A stretch of DNA of 64,000 nucleotides from Lachnospiraceae bacterium (GTDB lineage: Bacteria > Bacillota > Clostridia > Lachnospirales > Lachnospiraceae). Below, piece after piece: positions 19,913 through 30,494 of the stretch (position 1 is its first letter; each line of letters opens with the position of its first letter). The DNA lies in contig JAGAJL010000013.1 in assembly GCA_017626095.1 (NCBI GenBank), forward strand, positions 15,974 through 79,973. Reading direction: 5' to 3'. Both the position numbers and the translations under genes were made by a program. The notes beneath the pieces are model-generated. The model was not told where the DNA came from. It did no database searches and saw nothing but the letters and a program-made list of their open reading frames with translations.

Positions 19913-20677
19913 ATGAGCGGTAGAATTCATTCACTAGAAAGCTTCGGTACCGTAGACGGTCCCGGCACACGTTTTGTTGTCTTTGTACAAGGTTGTCCCA
20001 TGCGATGTGCTTATTGCCACAATCCGGATACCTGGCCAATGACAGGCGGCACCATAATGGAGGCTTCCGAAATTATCGAACAATATGAAAGGAATAAACC
20101 ATTTTATCAAAACGGAGGCGGTCTTACTGTAACCGGTGGTGAACCCCTGATGCAGATTGACTTTTTAATCGAGCTTTTTACACTTTGCAAAGAAAAAGGC
20201 ATCCATACCTGCATCGACACCTCAGGAATTGCTTATAAGCCTACCAATACAGAATACAATGCAAAGCTGGATCATTTAATGACCATGACCGATCTGGTTA
20301 TGTTGGACATCAAACATATCGATCCCGAGAAGCACAAAGAACTGACAAAGCAGCCCAATGACGGCATCCTGGCCTTTGCGGCATACTTAAACGAAAAAAA
20401 GGTTGATATGTGGATCAGACACGTTGTTGTTCCGGGAATTACCGATGATGAAGAATATCTTTACAAACTGGGATATTTCATTGGACAATTTACCAACTTA
20501 AAGGCTTTGGATGTATTGCCTTACCATGATATGGCAAAAAAGAAATACAAAGAACTGAATATTGATTATGCTTTAAAAGATGTAAAACCGATGGATAAAA
20601 ATCTCATACCGGAGAAAAAGCAGTTTATCTTGAATGGTATCAAAAAGCGACGGGAAGAGATGGGAATCGTCAAATAA
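19913..20677 (+). CDS. pflA: Pyruvate formate-lyase activating enzyme (radical SAM)
   Basis: ESFGTVDGPG, GCPMRCAYCHNPDTW, TGGEP, LDIKH, LPYH. Confidence 0.96.
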   Translation: MSGRIHSLESFGTVDGPGTRFVVFVQGCPMRCAYCHNPDTWPMTGGTIMEASEIIEQYERNKPFYQNGGGLTVTGGEPLMQIDFLIELFTLCKEKGIHTCIDTSGIAYKPTNTEYNAKLDHLMTMTDLVMLDIKHIDPEKHKELTKQPNDGILAFAAYLNEKKVDMWIRHVVVPGITDDEEYLYKLGYFIGQFTNLKALDVLPYHDMAKKKYKELNIDYALKDVKPMDKNLIPEKKQFILNGIKKRREEMGIVK

Positions 20678-20794
20678 TCTGAAGCAACACCTTTGTTTTC
20701 TATTTTTTTACACTTGTTTTATCAGAGGTAATGTATTAAAATACTTATTGAATAGAGATAAAAATAGTAAAGTCTATTTAAGGAGGATATCATT

Positions 20795-20965
20795 ATGGCA
20801 TTCGTAATTAACGATGGTTGTGTAGCTTGTGGTGCCTGTGAAGGTGCTTGCCCCGTTGGAGCAATCAGCATGGGAGACGGCAAATTTGAAATCGACGCTT
20901 CTAAATGTGTAGATTGTGGTACATGTGCAGGTCAGTGCCCTACAGGCTCTATCGAAGCTGAATAA
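20795..20965 (+). CDS. 2[4Fe-4S] ferredoxin (56 aa; below the ORF-track cutoff)
   Basis: Manual translation MAFVINDGCVACGACEGACPVGAISMGDGKFEIDASKCVDCGTCAGQCPTGSIEAE; two CxxCxxCxxxCP motifs; AAGGAGG RBS. Confidence 0.95.
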   Translation: MAFVINDGCVACGACEGACPVGAISMGDGKFEIDASKCVDCGTCAGQCPTGSIEAE

Positions 20966-21006
20966 TCATTTTTGATTTGTATGTGTATAAACTGATATAC
21001 ACAATT

Positions 21007-21035
21007 AAAAACCTCACCGCATGGTGAGGTTTTTT
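21007..21035. terminator. Bidirectional terminator (ferredoxin / dnaB)
   Basis: AAAAACCTCACC-gcat-GGTGAGGTTTTTT. Confidence 0.85.
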
Positions 21036-21168
21036 GATTCCATTTCTCCATATCTCTTTTAGTATTAAAATCTCTTATTTGCGTCAAATTTCCTGTTTGT
21101 GCAAAAAGTCTCTGTTTTGAAAAAATCTCTACTTACGCTATAATCTCTATCACCCAAAACAGCTTTTA

Positions 21169-22530
21169 CTATTCTTCCTGGCTATAATATTTCTTTTCCA
21201 GATTAGCGAACTTGGTGTAATCCGGCAGCCATGCTAACTTAACAACGCCGGTCGGTCCACTTCTCTGCTTTGCAATGTTAATCTCAGCAATTCCGCGTTC
21301 CTTTGAATCCTTGTTATAATAGTCATCACGATAAATGAACATAACAACATCGGCATCCTGTTCGATTGCCCCTGATTCACGCAAATCGGACAACATCGGA
21401 CGCTTATCCGGTCTCTGCTCAACCGCACGGCTTAGCTGCGACAATGCTATAATCGGGATATCCAACTCTCTGGCTAAGGATTTCAATGAACGGGAAATTT
21501 CAGATATCTCCTGCTGACGTGATTCTGAAGCCGCCCGATTGGAACCTTTCATCAACTGAAGATAGTCAATGATAATCAGTTTGATATCCTTCTCAATTTT
21601 ATACTTTCGACATTTACTTCGAAGCTCCGATACCGTAAGACTCGGAGGTGCATCGATAATCAGATTGGAATCCCCAATCTCTCCTGCCGATCTGACGAGT
21701 TTTTCCCATTCATCATCTGACAAATTACCGGTCCGGATATTTCCGGAATTCACATTGGATTCTAATGATAATAAACGGTTTACCAGCTCTACTTCTCCCA
21801 TTTCCAAACTGAATATAGCAACAGCCATATTTTGACGCAATGCTACATATTCTGCAATATTCAGCACAAAAGCGGTTTTTCCCATAGCAGGACGCGCTGC
21901 AATCAGGACAAGGTTGGAAGCATGTAAACCGGCCAGCTTGTAATCTAAATCCAAAAATCCGGTGGGAACTCCCGTCACATTACCGGAAGACTGGGAAGCA
22001 GCCTCAATCCTTGCCAAAGCCTGCATGACAACTTCATCAATAGGCATATGGGTAGACATCTTTCTGGACTGTATCAGATCAAAAACTTTCTTTTCTGTCT
22101 GCTCAAGCAGAATCTTAAAATCCTGTTTGCCTTCATAACAGGAATTTGCAATTTCCTCATTGATTTTAATCAATTTTCGCAATGTGGATTTTTCAATCAC
22201 AATATTACAAAAATCGCGAATCAAACTCGAATTGGTATCAGCAACAAGCCCACCTAAATATTCCACATTATTAATCTCATCCGGAATTCCTTTTTCCTTC
22301 AGTTTGTTTTGTAACGGAATGACATCCGGAACATTTCCTCTGTCATATAACTCCACAATCGCATCAAAAATAATGCCATTCTGTTTTCCATAGAAGTCCT
22401 CTGCTGTCAATAACTCCATTGCCGTTACAATTGCATCTTTATCCGAAATCATAGCTCCGATAACAGCCTGCTCTGCTTCTAAACTATAAGGCATCACTCT
22501 TTTTTTAATTTGCTGTTCTTCTGCCGGCAT
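21169..22530 (-). CDS. dnaB: Replicative DNA helicase
   Basis: EAEQAVIG, AARPAMGKT, FSLEM, IIDYLQL, LSQLSR, DLRESGAIEQDAD. Confidence 0.97.
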   Translation of the reverse strand: MPAEEQQIKKRVMPYSLEAEQAVIGAMISDKDAIVTAMELLTAEDFYGKQNGIIFDAIVELYDRGNVPDVIPLQNKLKEKGIPDEINNVEYLGGLVADTNSSLIRDFCNIVIEKSTLRKLIKINEEIANSCYEGKQDFKILLEQTEKKVFDLIQSRKMSTHMPIDEVVMQALARIEAASQSSGNVTGVPTGFLDLDYKLAGLHASNLVLIAARPAMGKTAFVLNIAEYVALRQNMAVAIFSLEMGEVELVNRLLSLESNVNSGNIRTGNLSDDEWEKLVRSAGEIGDSNLIIDAPPSLTVSELRSKCRKYKIEKDIKLIIIDYLQLMKGSNRAASESRQQEISEISRSLKSLARELDIPIIALSQLSRAVEQRPDKRPMLSDLRESGAIEQDADVVMFIYRDDYYNKDSKERGIAEINIAKQRSGPTGVVKLAWLPDYTKFANLEKKYYSQEE

Positions 22531-22554
22531 AATGTATCTTCCTAACCAATTATC

Positions 22555-23001
22555 TTACTGCTCTACTACCTTCACACGGATCATTCCGCTTACCTTGGGA
22601 TGAAGTTTCACTTTTACTTCATAAGTGCCAAAGTTTTTAATCGCTTCAGGTAATACAAGTTTTTTCTTATCGAGTTCTTTTCCAAACTGCTCTTTATAGG
22701 CAATGGCAATTTCCTTTGATGAAACAGAACCAAAGGCTTTTCCGCCTTCTCCGGATTTCATCTTTACCACAACAATCTGCTCTTCCATTTCTTTTGCAAA
22801 ATCCTTTGCAGCTTGTAACTGTTCTGCAGCAATCTTTTCTTCATTGGCTTTTTGCAGTTTCAAATCATTTAAGTTTTTAGGAGTAGCCTCTACACCTAAT
22901 TTCTGGGGAAGGATATAATTTCTGACATATCCGTCACTCTTTTCAATAATATCGCCTTTTTTTCCGATATTTTTTACATCTTGTAATAAAATGATCTTCA
23001 T
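22555..23001 (-). CDS. rplI: 50S ribosomal protein L9
   Basis: MKIILLQDV..GKKG...GYVRNYILP, FGSVS, KLHP. Confidence 0.96.
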   Translation of the reverse strand: MKIILLQDVKNIGKKGDIIEKSDGYVRNYILPQKLGVEATPKNLNDLKLQKANEEKIAAEQLQAAKDFAKEMEEQIVVVKMKSGEGGKAFGSVSSKEIAIAYKEQFGKELDKKKLVLPEAIKNFGTYEVKVKLHPKVSGMIRVKVVEQ

Positions 23002-25050
23002 TTAAATCTCTCCTTTTTCCATCATATAAGTCAAGGTCTCTTTTAACGTATCAATGGCCTGTTCTACAGACATATCCTTAAGCTGTGCCGCAGCAACATT
23101 TATATGACCGCCGCCACCAAATCTTTCCATGATAATCTGAACATTTACCTCATCGATACTTCTCGCACTGATATATACCAGATTATTGTATTCTGTCAAA
23201 ACAAAGCTTGCCTTGATTTCATTCATATTTAAGAGTTCATTTGCCGCTTGCGCTCCAACAATCGTAGGACTTTGTGAATTGCCGGGATCACAAACAGATA
23301 TCGCAAAGGAATCTTTAAAGATTTCTGCTTTACTGATGGTTTCTGCTTTTACCCGGTAATCAACGGCATCATCCCGAAACATCTTTCTGACCCTAAGCAC
23401 ATCTGCACCATTTCTTCTTAAATATGCCGCTGCTTCAAATGTTCTGACACCGGCCTTTGACGTAAAATTATTGCTGTCTATGACAATTCCACCATATAAG
23501 CAATCTGCTTCCGTGCTGTTTAGCCGTAAACCGTCAATATACTGAATAATCTCTGCAACCATTTCACAGGCACTCGAAGCATAGGATTCGATATAAGACA
23601 AAGTTGCATTTTCAATATATTCTTCTCCCTGTCTGTGATGATCCAATACAACAATGGAGCGACATTGCTTAAGCAACTCCGGGCATTCGGTAATACTCGG
23701 CTTATTCACGTCCACAACCACCAGACAGGTGTTAGAACCTGCATGTTCCATTGCCTGCGCATTACCAATTAAAACCTGCTCTTCCGGATCAATATGACTG
23801 AGAAAATGCTCAACCATCGGTTTTACTGCAGGTGCAACATCATTTAATACGATATTGACGTTTCTACCCAGGCTCTTTGCAATACAGTAAATACCCACTG
23901 CCGCACCAAAGCTATCCACATCCGACATTCGGTGCCCCATGACGAGAACACGGTCCTTTGTTGAAATCAATTCTCTTAATGCATGAGCTTTTACACGGGC
24001 TTTTACTCGGGTGTTCTTTTCGACACGCTGACTCTTTCCACCATAGTAGCTTACACCGTCTTTCGTCTTGATAACAGCCTGATCACCGCCACGTCCCAAA
24101 GCAAGGTCTATGGCCGTTCGAGCATATTCGTAGTTTTGTGCATAGGAAAGACCACCTACACCGACACCGATACTCAAGGTAACCGACATTTCATTTCCAA
24201 TATTAACCGTCTTAACTTCTTCAAGTAAATCAAAACGATTTTCCTGCAACATCGAAAGCGACTGCTTGCGAATGATGAAAAAGAATTTGTCTTTTTCCAT
24301 CTTGCGTACAATTCCGTCCAAAGATGCAAAATATTTATTTACACGTCTCTCTATCAATGCTGTCAAAAGTGATCTGCGCACCTCTTCCACACTGTCAAGA
24401 GCTTCTTCATAATTATCAAAATACAAAAGTCCGACAGCAAGACTCTGATTATCGATTTCTGTTAATGCTAACTTTAGTGCAGTCTGATCAAACAGATACA
24501 ATGCAATCAGATATCCTTCATATACTCCTTCGGATGTGAAAATATCACTGTTTTGTACCATCTCATCCAAGGGAATCTTTTTCATTTTGGCATGAAAATC
24601 CCGATCTTCATATTGAAAATCCACCTCAGCCTCATCATTTTCCTTGTTGGGAAATTTATCTTTCGATAAGGTCGGAAAAAAGGAATATATCGTCTTATTT
24701 TCAACTTTGCCCTTTTCAAAAATCTGGGCAAATGCCCGGTTAGCCCAGATAATCTTTCCACTTTCATCCAGTAATGCATTGGGCATTTCCAGATCACGCA
24801 ACAGTCTTTTCTGAATCTGCCCGTATTGTGTCGCAAAGCTTACTAATTCATTCATGACAACCGGTCTGTTAAAGTGCTCCATTAACAAAAACACGATCAG
24901 GTAAATCAGTGTAAAACCCGACATTAAAATACCGGCCGTAACATCCAGGGTATAAGTAATAATATCTGTGATTGCAAGCAAAACTCCAAATACTAAAGGC
25001 ATCTGGAAATACAAGCGCAATCTTCCTTTAAACTTAAGATTTTTGTCCAT
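23002..25050 (-). CDS. gdpP: c-di-AMP phosphodiesterase (TM-PAS-degenerate GGDEF-DHH/DHHA1)
   Basis: ALGRGGDQ, MGH..DVDS, DHHR, SARS, GGGGH; upstream of rplI-dnaB. Confidence 0.92.
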   Translation of the reverse strand: MDKNLKFKGRLRLYFQMPLVFGVLLAITDIITYTLDVTAGILMSGFTLIYLIVFLLMEHFNRPVVMNELVSFATQYGQIQKRLLRDLEMPNALLDESGKIIWANRAFAQIFEKGKVENKTIYSFFPTLSKDKFPNKENDEAEVDFQYEDRDFHAKMKKIPLDEMVQNSDIFTSEGVYEGYLIALYLFDQTALKLALTEIDNQSLAVGLLYFDNYEEALDSVEEVRRSLLTALIERRVNKYFASLDGIVRKMEKDKFFFIIRKQSLSMLQENRFDLLEEVKTVNIGNEMSVTLSIGVGVGGLSYAQNYEYARTAIDLALGRGGDQAVIKTKDGVSYYGGKSQRVEKNTRVKARVKAHALRELISTKDRVLVMGHRMSDVDSFGAAVGIYCIAKSLGRNVNIVLNDVAPAVKPMVEHFLSHIDPEEQVLIGNAQAMEHAGSNTCLVVVDVNKPSITECPELLKQCRSIVVLDHHRQGEEYIENATLSYIESYASSACEMVAEIIQYIDGLRLNSTEADCLYGGIVIDSNNFTSKAGVRTFEAAAYLRRNGADVLRVRKMFRDDAVDYRVKAETISKAEIFKDSFAISVCDPGNSQSPTIVGAQAANELLNMNEIKASFVLTEYNNLVYISARSIDEVNVQIIMERFGGGGHINVAAAQLKDMSVEQAIDTLKETLTYMMEKGEI

Positions 25051-25289
25051 TTAGCATTGCCTCGTTCCGTCTTCAAAAAACTATGTAAGACAGCAATCAA
25101 ATACATTTTCACAATTATAGTTCATTATCAGCATCTGATACCGACACCTATTATTACATACAAAGATAGTATACCATTAAACCGAAAATTTTGCACATAC
25201 TATATATGGTAGTTTCCGGAATCATTCTTCCCACATAAAAAACACTCCCTAAGTATTATTAGAGAGTGTTTCCATATTATGCTTTCACT

Positions 25290-25553
25290 TTAGTCCTGAA
25301 CATAAGGCATGAGAGCAACGTGGCGAGCACGTTTAATAGCTACTGTTAAAGCTCTCTGATGCTTTGCACAGTTTCCTGTGATTCTGCGAGGAAGAATTTT
25401 TCCTCTTTCAGAAACATATTTTCTTAATTTTGCTGTATCTTTGTAATCGATCACGTTATCTTTGCCGCAGAATACACAAACTTTTTTTCTTCTACGGATT
25501 CCGCCTCTTCTCTTTATAGGAGAATCGGATTTGTCTGTCTTATTAAAAGCCAT
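25290..25553 (-). CDS. rpsR: 30S ribosomal protein S18
   Basis: [29 protein letters not shown]. Confidence 0.97.
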   Translation of the reverse strand: MAFNKTDKSDSPIKRRGGIRRRKKVCVFCGKDNVIDYKDTAKLRKYVSERGKILPRRITGNCAKHQRALTVAIKRARHVALMPYVQD

Positions 25554-25576
25554 GTCTTTGCCTCCATTCTAATTCT

Positions 25577-26020
25577 CTAATTGAACGGCAATTCCTCGAT
25601 ACCTTCGGGAATGTTGATAAATCCAGCACCTGCTTCTACCGGAGCAGCATTGCTCTGAGCGGGTACATAGCCACCATTATCAGAACCACCCTGTGCATTT
25701 TTACTTTCGGCAAATTCCTGCTCTTCCACAACAACCTCTGTTGTATAGACCTTAACACCATCTTTGTTAGTATAGCTTCCGGTCTGAATTCTACCGGTAA
25801 GAGCAATTTTGGTTCCTTTATGCAGGTATTTCTCTGCAAATTCACCCTGTCTTCCAAAAGCAACACAGTTGATAAAATCTGCGGTCTGTCCATCCTGACT
25901 ATTACGACCTCTGCGATCTACTGCAATGGAATATCTGGCAATTGCCAGCGGCTGTTCACCCTGTGAATATCTCACTTCAGGATCTCTTGTTAAACGTCCC
26001 ATTAGAATAACTTTATTCAT
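25577..26020 (-). CDS. ssb: Single-stranded DNA-binding protein
   Basis: MNKVILMGRLTRDPE, ADFINCVAFG, C-terminal ELPFN. Confidence 0.97.
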   Translation of the reverse strand: MNKVILMGRLTRDPEVRYSQGEQPLAIARYSIAVDRRGRNSQDGQTADFINCVAFGRQGEFAEKYLHKGTKIALTGRIQTGSYTNKDGVKVYTTEVVVEEQEFAESKNAQGGSDNGGYVPAQSNAAPVEAGAGFINIPEGIEELPFN

Positions 26021-26038
26021 ATTTTTTCCTACTTTCTA

Positions 26039-26329
26039 TTATGCCTCGTCTTGTCTTACGCATAAGAATCTGATGACATTTTCCATAAGACGTACATGGT
26101 TCTCAACGTCGAAAGGAACTGTTGCATCAGCATCGAACTGGATGAAATAATAGAATGCTTCACTCATCTTCTGAATGTCATATGCAAGTTTTTTCTTGCC
26201 CCATTCATCAACATTTGTGATAGTTCCACCGAATCTCTCGATATAGCCTTTAACTTTTTCAATCGTTGCGGCTCTTTCATCGTCTTCGATTTTAGCACTA
26301 ACAATAACGGCTAATTCATATTTGTTCAT
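26039..26329 (-). CDS. rpsF: 30S ribosomal protein S6
   Basis: MNKYEL, WGKKKLAYDI, VIRFL. Confidence 0.97.
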   Translation of the reverse strand: MNKYELAVIVSAKIEDDERAATIEKVKGYIERFGGTITNVDEWGKKKLAYDIQKMSEAFYYFIQFDADATVPFDVENHVRLMENVIRFLCVRQDEA

Positions 26330-26332
26330 GCT

Positions 26333-26386
26333 TGTTACCTCCTTTTGGTCTCTGGCCCTTTAACTTTTAATAAAGAGCAAGGAATA
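26333..26386 (-). promoter_or_regulatory. S6:S18 ribosomal protein leader
   Basis: UUCCUUGCUC...GGGCCAGAGACCAAAAGGAGG directly before rpsF; resembles the Firmicute rpsF leader (CCR motif, SD-containing stem). Confidence 0.65.
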
Positions 26387-26428
26387 ATATATCACAAACA
26401 TGAATAATACCATCTATCTGCGCAAATT

Positions 26429-26623
26429 TCAAGTGTTTTTACAAATTTCTTTCGTATTTTTTTCAACCTGTATCCGCGGCATCATCAACTGATGTCCGCA
26501 ACCGACACATTTTAATCGAAAATCGGCACCCACACGCAATACTTCCCATTGTTTACTCCCGCATGGATGTGCTTTTTTTAAGGTAACAATATCTCCAATC
26601 TGATATTCCATAGGAATCTCCAT
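26429..26623 (-). CDS. DUF951 family protein
   Basis: GDIVTLKKAHPCGS..WEVLRVGADFRLKCVGC; upstream of rpsF. Confidence 0.88.
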   Translation of the reverse strand: MEIPMEYQIGDIVTLKKAHPCGSKQWEVLRVGADFRLKCVGCGHQLMMPRIQVEKNTKEICKNT

Positions 26624-26690
26624 TCCGATACTTTCTATTACAACTCAAACTTAAATAGCAATGAAAGTTAAGCTTTTTCATCAATTCATG

Positions 26691-27413
26691 TTACTCTGCC
26701 GTAATCTGCGAAAAAATCTCTCCAATCGGTCCGCTGATTACCAGATCTGCCATGTTGTCTCTGGAGGTTGGTGCTTTATTGATTACGACCAGTTTGTTTC
26801 CTTTGTAATAATCAATTAATCCTGCTGCCGGATAAACAACCAAAGAAGTTCCTCCGATAATCAACATATCAGCAGATGCTATGGCACGGATGGCATTGGT
26901 CATAACGGTATTGTCCAAACCTTCTTCATATAACACAACATCCGGCTTGATAAATCCTCCGCACTCACATCTGGGAACATCCTCTGAATTAAGAATATAC
27001 TGCGCATCATAAAACTTTCCACAGGATTCGCAGTAATTCCGCAAAACACTTCCGTGAAGTTCATATACCGTTTTACTGCCGGCTGCCTGATGAAGCCCAT
27101 CAATATTCTGTGTCACGACGGCTTTTAATTTGCCTGCCTTCTCCAATTCAGCCAGTTTTATATGCGCCGCATTTGGCTTTGCAGACAGACAGAGCATTTT
27201 GTCCCGATAAAACCGATAAAACTCCGACGTCTTTTGCCGGTAAAAGGTATGGCTCAATATCGTTTCCGGAGGATAATCGTATTTCTGGTGATACAGACCA
27301 TCCACACTCCGAAAATCCGGAATCCCGCTTTCGGTAGATACTCCTGCCCCGCCAAAAAATACAATAGAATTACTTTCATCAATCATTTTTTGCAGTTGTT
27401 CCAACTCTGTCAT
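26691..27413 (-). CDS. cobB: NAD-dependent protein deacylase (sirtuin)
   Basis: GAGVSTESGIPDFRS, TQNIDGLH, ELHGS, KPDVVLYEE, GTSL. Confidence 0.93.
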   Translation of the reverse strand: MTELEQLQKMIDESNSIVFFGGAGVSTESGIPDFRSVDGLYHQKYDYPPETILSHTFYRQKTSEFYRFYRDKMLCLSAKPNAAHIKLAELEKAGKLKAVVTQNIDGLHQAAGSKTVYELHGSVLRNYCESCGKFYDAQYILNSEDVPRCECGGFIKPDVVLYEEGLDNTVMTNAIRAIASADMLIIGGTSLVVYPAAGLIDYYKGNKLVVINKAPTSRDNMADLVISGPIGEIFSQITAE

Positions 27414-27450
27414 AACATCATATCCTCCTTATACATATTTTATCAACTCG

Positions 27451-27544
27451 CATCGCATGCATAAATCCACTCGGCTCATTGCCAAGTCCACATCGCATAC
27501 ATAAATCCACTTGGCTTATTTTCCGCTCACATCTCATCCAATCA
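27451..27544. repeat. 40-bp-period tandem repeat (two copies plus a degenerate start of a third)
   Basis: CATCGCATGCATAAATCCACTCGGCTCATT (27451) vs CATCGCATACATAAATCCACTTGGCTTATT (27491), 27/30 identical. Confidence 0.75.
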
Positions 27545-27619
27545 TGCTCAGAGATGGCATTTACCAAATAAAAAAGACAGCCCATGCACAAATCGCGTGG
27601 ACTGCCTGAAAATCTTATC

Positions 27620-28918
27620 TTAAATATAAATCTGGAAACGGTTGGTCTGGGTTGTTAAATCATCTGCAACCTGATTTAATCTGTTGGTAGCATTTTTAAT
27701 CTCACCGATAGTAGCAGCCAGTTCTTCAGCACTTGCTGCAGTTTCCTCCGTGGATGCCGCATTCTGTTCTGCAATAGCGGAAAGACTTTCAACAGATTCC
27801 ATAACCTGACCTTTTGCAACATCCAGATTTTTGGTGCTCTGCGCGATACTTTCCACACCTTCCATGGTAACAATCAGTCCATGATTCACTTTATCAAATA
27901 CTCTCTTGGTCATTTCAACCTTGTCAGCCTGAAAACCGATAATAGCATCAACCGTATTCATAGTCTTAACAGCCTGCTCGGTATCTGCAAGTAAATTGTT
28001 GATAATTGCTTCAATTGTCTTAGCTGACTGATTGGACTGCTCTGCAAGATTTTTAATCTGTTCCGCTACGACTGCAAAACCTCTTCCGCTTTCACCGGCT
28101 CTGGCAGCCTCGATAGAAGCGTTTAAAGCCAAGAGATTGGTCTCATTTGCAATGGATGAAATCAGTTCGGTAGCTTTATGTATTTCCTGCGCAGATTCGT
28201 TGGTAGTATTGGTCTGTTCATAAATAACAGCGATCTGTGCTTTTACTTTTTCGGAAATCGTCTTTAATTCGCCAACGGAATCAACACCTTCCTGACCTGC
28301 TGCTTTCATTTGATCAGCATTCGCAATCAGTTTGGCAACGGCATTGCCGGTCTCTTCAATTCCTTCTCCAATACGGTTAATCGCATCGGATACTGCCTGT
28401 GTCTCGGCAGCCTGTGCAGTTGCTCCGTTTGCCATATCGCCCATGCTTCTTGCAACATCTTCAGATGCATTGCTGGTCTGCTCAGCCATCTTATCCAGTC
28501 TTGCAGTTGAATCTTCAATAACGTCAGAAGTATTACCAACCTGTCCAATGACATCTTTTAACTGACCAATAACATTATTGGCATGGCTCGCCAAAACAGC
28601 GATTTCATCTTTGCGTTCCAAATCCTGTTTGCCAAGCTCAGCCGTCAAATCACCATTGCCTGCTCTGTCCAATGTCTGAATAATACGGTCAATGGAATTT
28701 CCCAGTTTCCATGCAAATGCCTGCATAACAAAAAGCATAATAACAGAATTGACAATAAAAATAATCAATATTGGCATCTTGACTGTAGATAAAATATCTT
28801 TTCCAAAAAACAGTCTGATTCCAATAAAGAGCTCAATACATGTTGCAATCAGCGGAAGCAATGAATAAATCATCAGTTTCCATCGAATGTTTAATTTTAC
28901 ATCAGCGTTTTTCTTCAT
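27620..28918 (-). CDS. Methyl-accepting chemotaxis protein (2 TM, HAMP, no extracellular sensor domain)
   Basis: IANETNLLALNASIEAARAGESGRGFAVVAEQIKNLA. Confidence 0.93.
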   Translation of the reverse strand: MKKNADVKLNIRWKLMIYSLLPLIATCIELFIGIRLFFGKDILSTVKMPILIIFIVNSVIMLFVMQAFAWKLGNSIDRIIQTLDRAGNGDLTAELGKQDLERKDEIAVLASHANNVIGQLKDVIGQVGNTSDVIEDSTARLDKMAEQTSNASEDVARSMGDMANGATAQAAETQAVSDAINRIGEGIEETGNAVAKLIANADQMKAAGQEGVDSVGELKTISEKVKAQIAVIYEQTNTTNESAQEIHKATELISSIANETNLLALNASIEAARAGESGRGFAVVAEQIKNLAEQSNQSAKTIEAIINNLLADTEQAVKTMNTVDAIIGFQADKVEMTKRVFDKVNHGLIVTMEGVESIAQSTKNLDVAKGQVMESVESLSAIAEQNAASTEETAASAEELAATIGEIKNATNRLNQVADDLTTQTNRFQIYI

Positions 28919-29034
28919 ACTATAACCTCTCTTTTTACTACCTTCTGTACGGTTCCCCTCAAAATAACCCTTTTATATATGCATTATATCATACTTTTTA
29001 CTATTTGTAAGGGCTAAACAACGGGTTTTTTGCC

Positions 29035-30339
29035 TTATTTTGAAAAAATATCGTCATCCTCTACAATCCGGTTTCTGCCGCCGGTTTTTCCTTTATAGAG
29101 CAAATCGTCCGCTCTCTTTACAATTTCTTCAATACTCTCTTTTTGCCGGTATTCTGTAATTCCGAATGTCATGGTAACATGAAACGTTGTATCTGCATAT
29201 TCAAACCGGGTTTCTCGAATTTCATCCATCATATTTGCAACCAATTCATAAGCAGTTTGATAATCCGCTTTAAAAACCAGTAAAAATTCTTCTCCACCCC
29301 AGCGGATTGGAATTCCATTATTATCCATGTACATAACAAAAATATCAGACAGTTTTGTTAAAACAAGATCTCCGCAATCATGACCATAGGTATCATTTAT
29401 TTTTTTAAAGAAATCAATATCTCCCAATGCCACAACTACTTTTTTGCGGTAATTGATGGCCTCTGCCAAATCAATATATTTGGACAATTCAATACGACCG
29501 GCTCGTCGGTTATACAATCCGGTGAGCGGATCCTTATAGATTAACGTCTGTAAGGTTTCGCCCACTTCCTGCGCATGTCTTCCCATATCTCCGAGCTCGT
29601 CCGTTCTCTTTAAAACAGAAGCCGGCATTTTTGTATTGAAGTTATTTTCCGCTAAACTTCCGATATAGGTTCTGATTTGATTTAATGTTTTTACAATATT
29701 ACCTGCAAAAAGTGATGCAATCAAAACCACAGCCAGCAAAGCAATGATGAATACAATCATAATTTTGGTAACAATCGTGCTGACACTGACCCGTACACTT
29801 TCGTTGGTCATTCCGGCAAAAATCATACCACAGATTTCATCCTCGTTTTTTAATGGGACATAATAGCCGTAATAATATTGTCCATTAATATAAACACGGT
29901 CAGAATAATATTCATTTCCCATCTGAATTGCAGAAAGAATATTGGGATCTTTAGAAGTCGTATGAACAATCCTCTCCCCTGTATCATCCGTAATCGTTGT
30001 CAGCATACGCGTATCGCCATAAAAAATACTGATTTCATTACCTGTGTTTTCACTAATCTGATCAAGTAACGTATATTCTTTCGTCAAGTCTGTATCCCCC
30101 ATGAAGAACCTATCTCCCTCCATGTGAATTTTCCCCGGATAGGACAACGAATATAAAGCTACCGTCTCTCTTGCGGTAGAAGCCAGCGCCTTTTGAATTT
30201 CCAATTCCATTCCTTCCGATACACTTTTGGTGCCCATAATGACAAGCACAATCCCCAACACCAAAATCGGCACTGCCATAACGGCTGACAACGACAGAAA
30301 TAGTCCTGTGCTTTTCCTTCTCTTTTCGCTCTTACTCAT
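29035..30339 (-). CDS. Diguanylate cyclase (TM-Cache-TM-HAMP-GGDEF)
   Basis: DPLTGLYNRR, DIDFFKKINDTYGH, RWGGEEF. Confidence 0.9.
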   Translation of the reverse strand: MSKSEKRRKSTGLFLSLSAVMAVPILVLGIVLVIMGTKSVSEGMELEIQKALASTARETVALYSLSYPGKIHMEGDRFFMGDTDLTKEYTLLDQISENTGNEISIFYGDTRMLTTITDDTGERIVHTTSKDPNILSAIQMGNEYYSDRVYINGQYYYGYYVPLKNEDEICGMIFAGMTNESVRVSVSTIVTKIMIVFIIALLAVVLIASLFAGNIVKTLNQIRTYIGSLAENNFNTKMPASVLKRTDELGDMGRHAQEVGETLQTLIYKDPLTGLYNRRAGRIELSKYIDLAEAINYRKKVVVALGDIDFFKKINDTYGHDCGDLVLTKLSDIFVMYMDNNGIPIRWGGEEFLLVFKADYQTAYELVANMMDEIRETRFEYADTTFHVTMTFGITEYRQKESIEEIVKRADDLLYKGKTGGRNRIVEDDDIFSK

Positions 30340-30395
30340 ATTTCCTCTCTCATCGTTTTACTAAAAAACAACCGTCCGATACACAACATGTTGCC

Positions 30396-30490
30396 CTAGT
30401 ACAATGTTTTTAAATTAACTACACCATATTACTTGACTATTTTCCCGATAGCACACGAGAAAAATCCTCAGCGTAGCCCGCTACGCCTAC
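30396..30490. repeat. Palindromic repeat family B, single arm plus small hairpin
   Basis: 30396-30464 matches the reverse complement of 48421-48489 at 67/69; followed by the GCGTAGC-cc-GCTACGC hairpin. Confidence 0.85.
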
Positions 30491-30494
30491 GTTT

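Noticed and set aside
27451-27544. Mini CRISPR array
   Set aside because: Linkers are only 9-10 bp, there are two units, and no cas genes are present.
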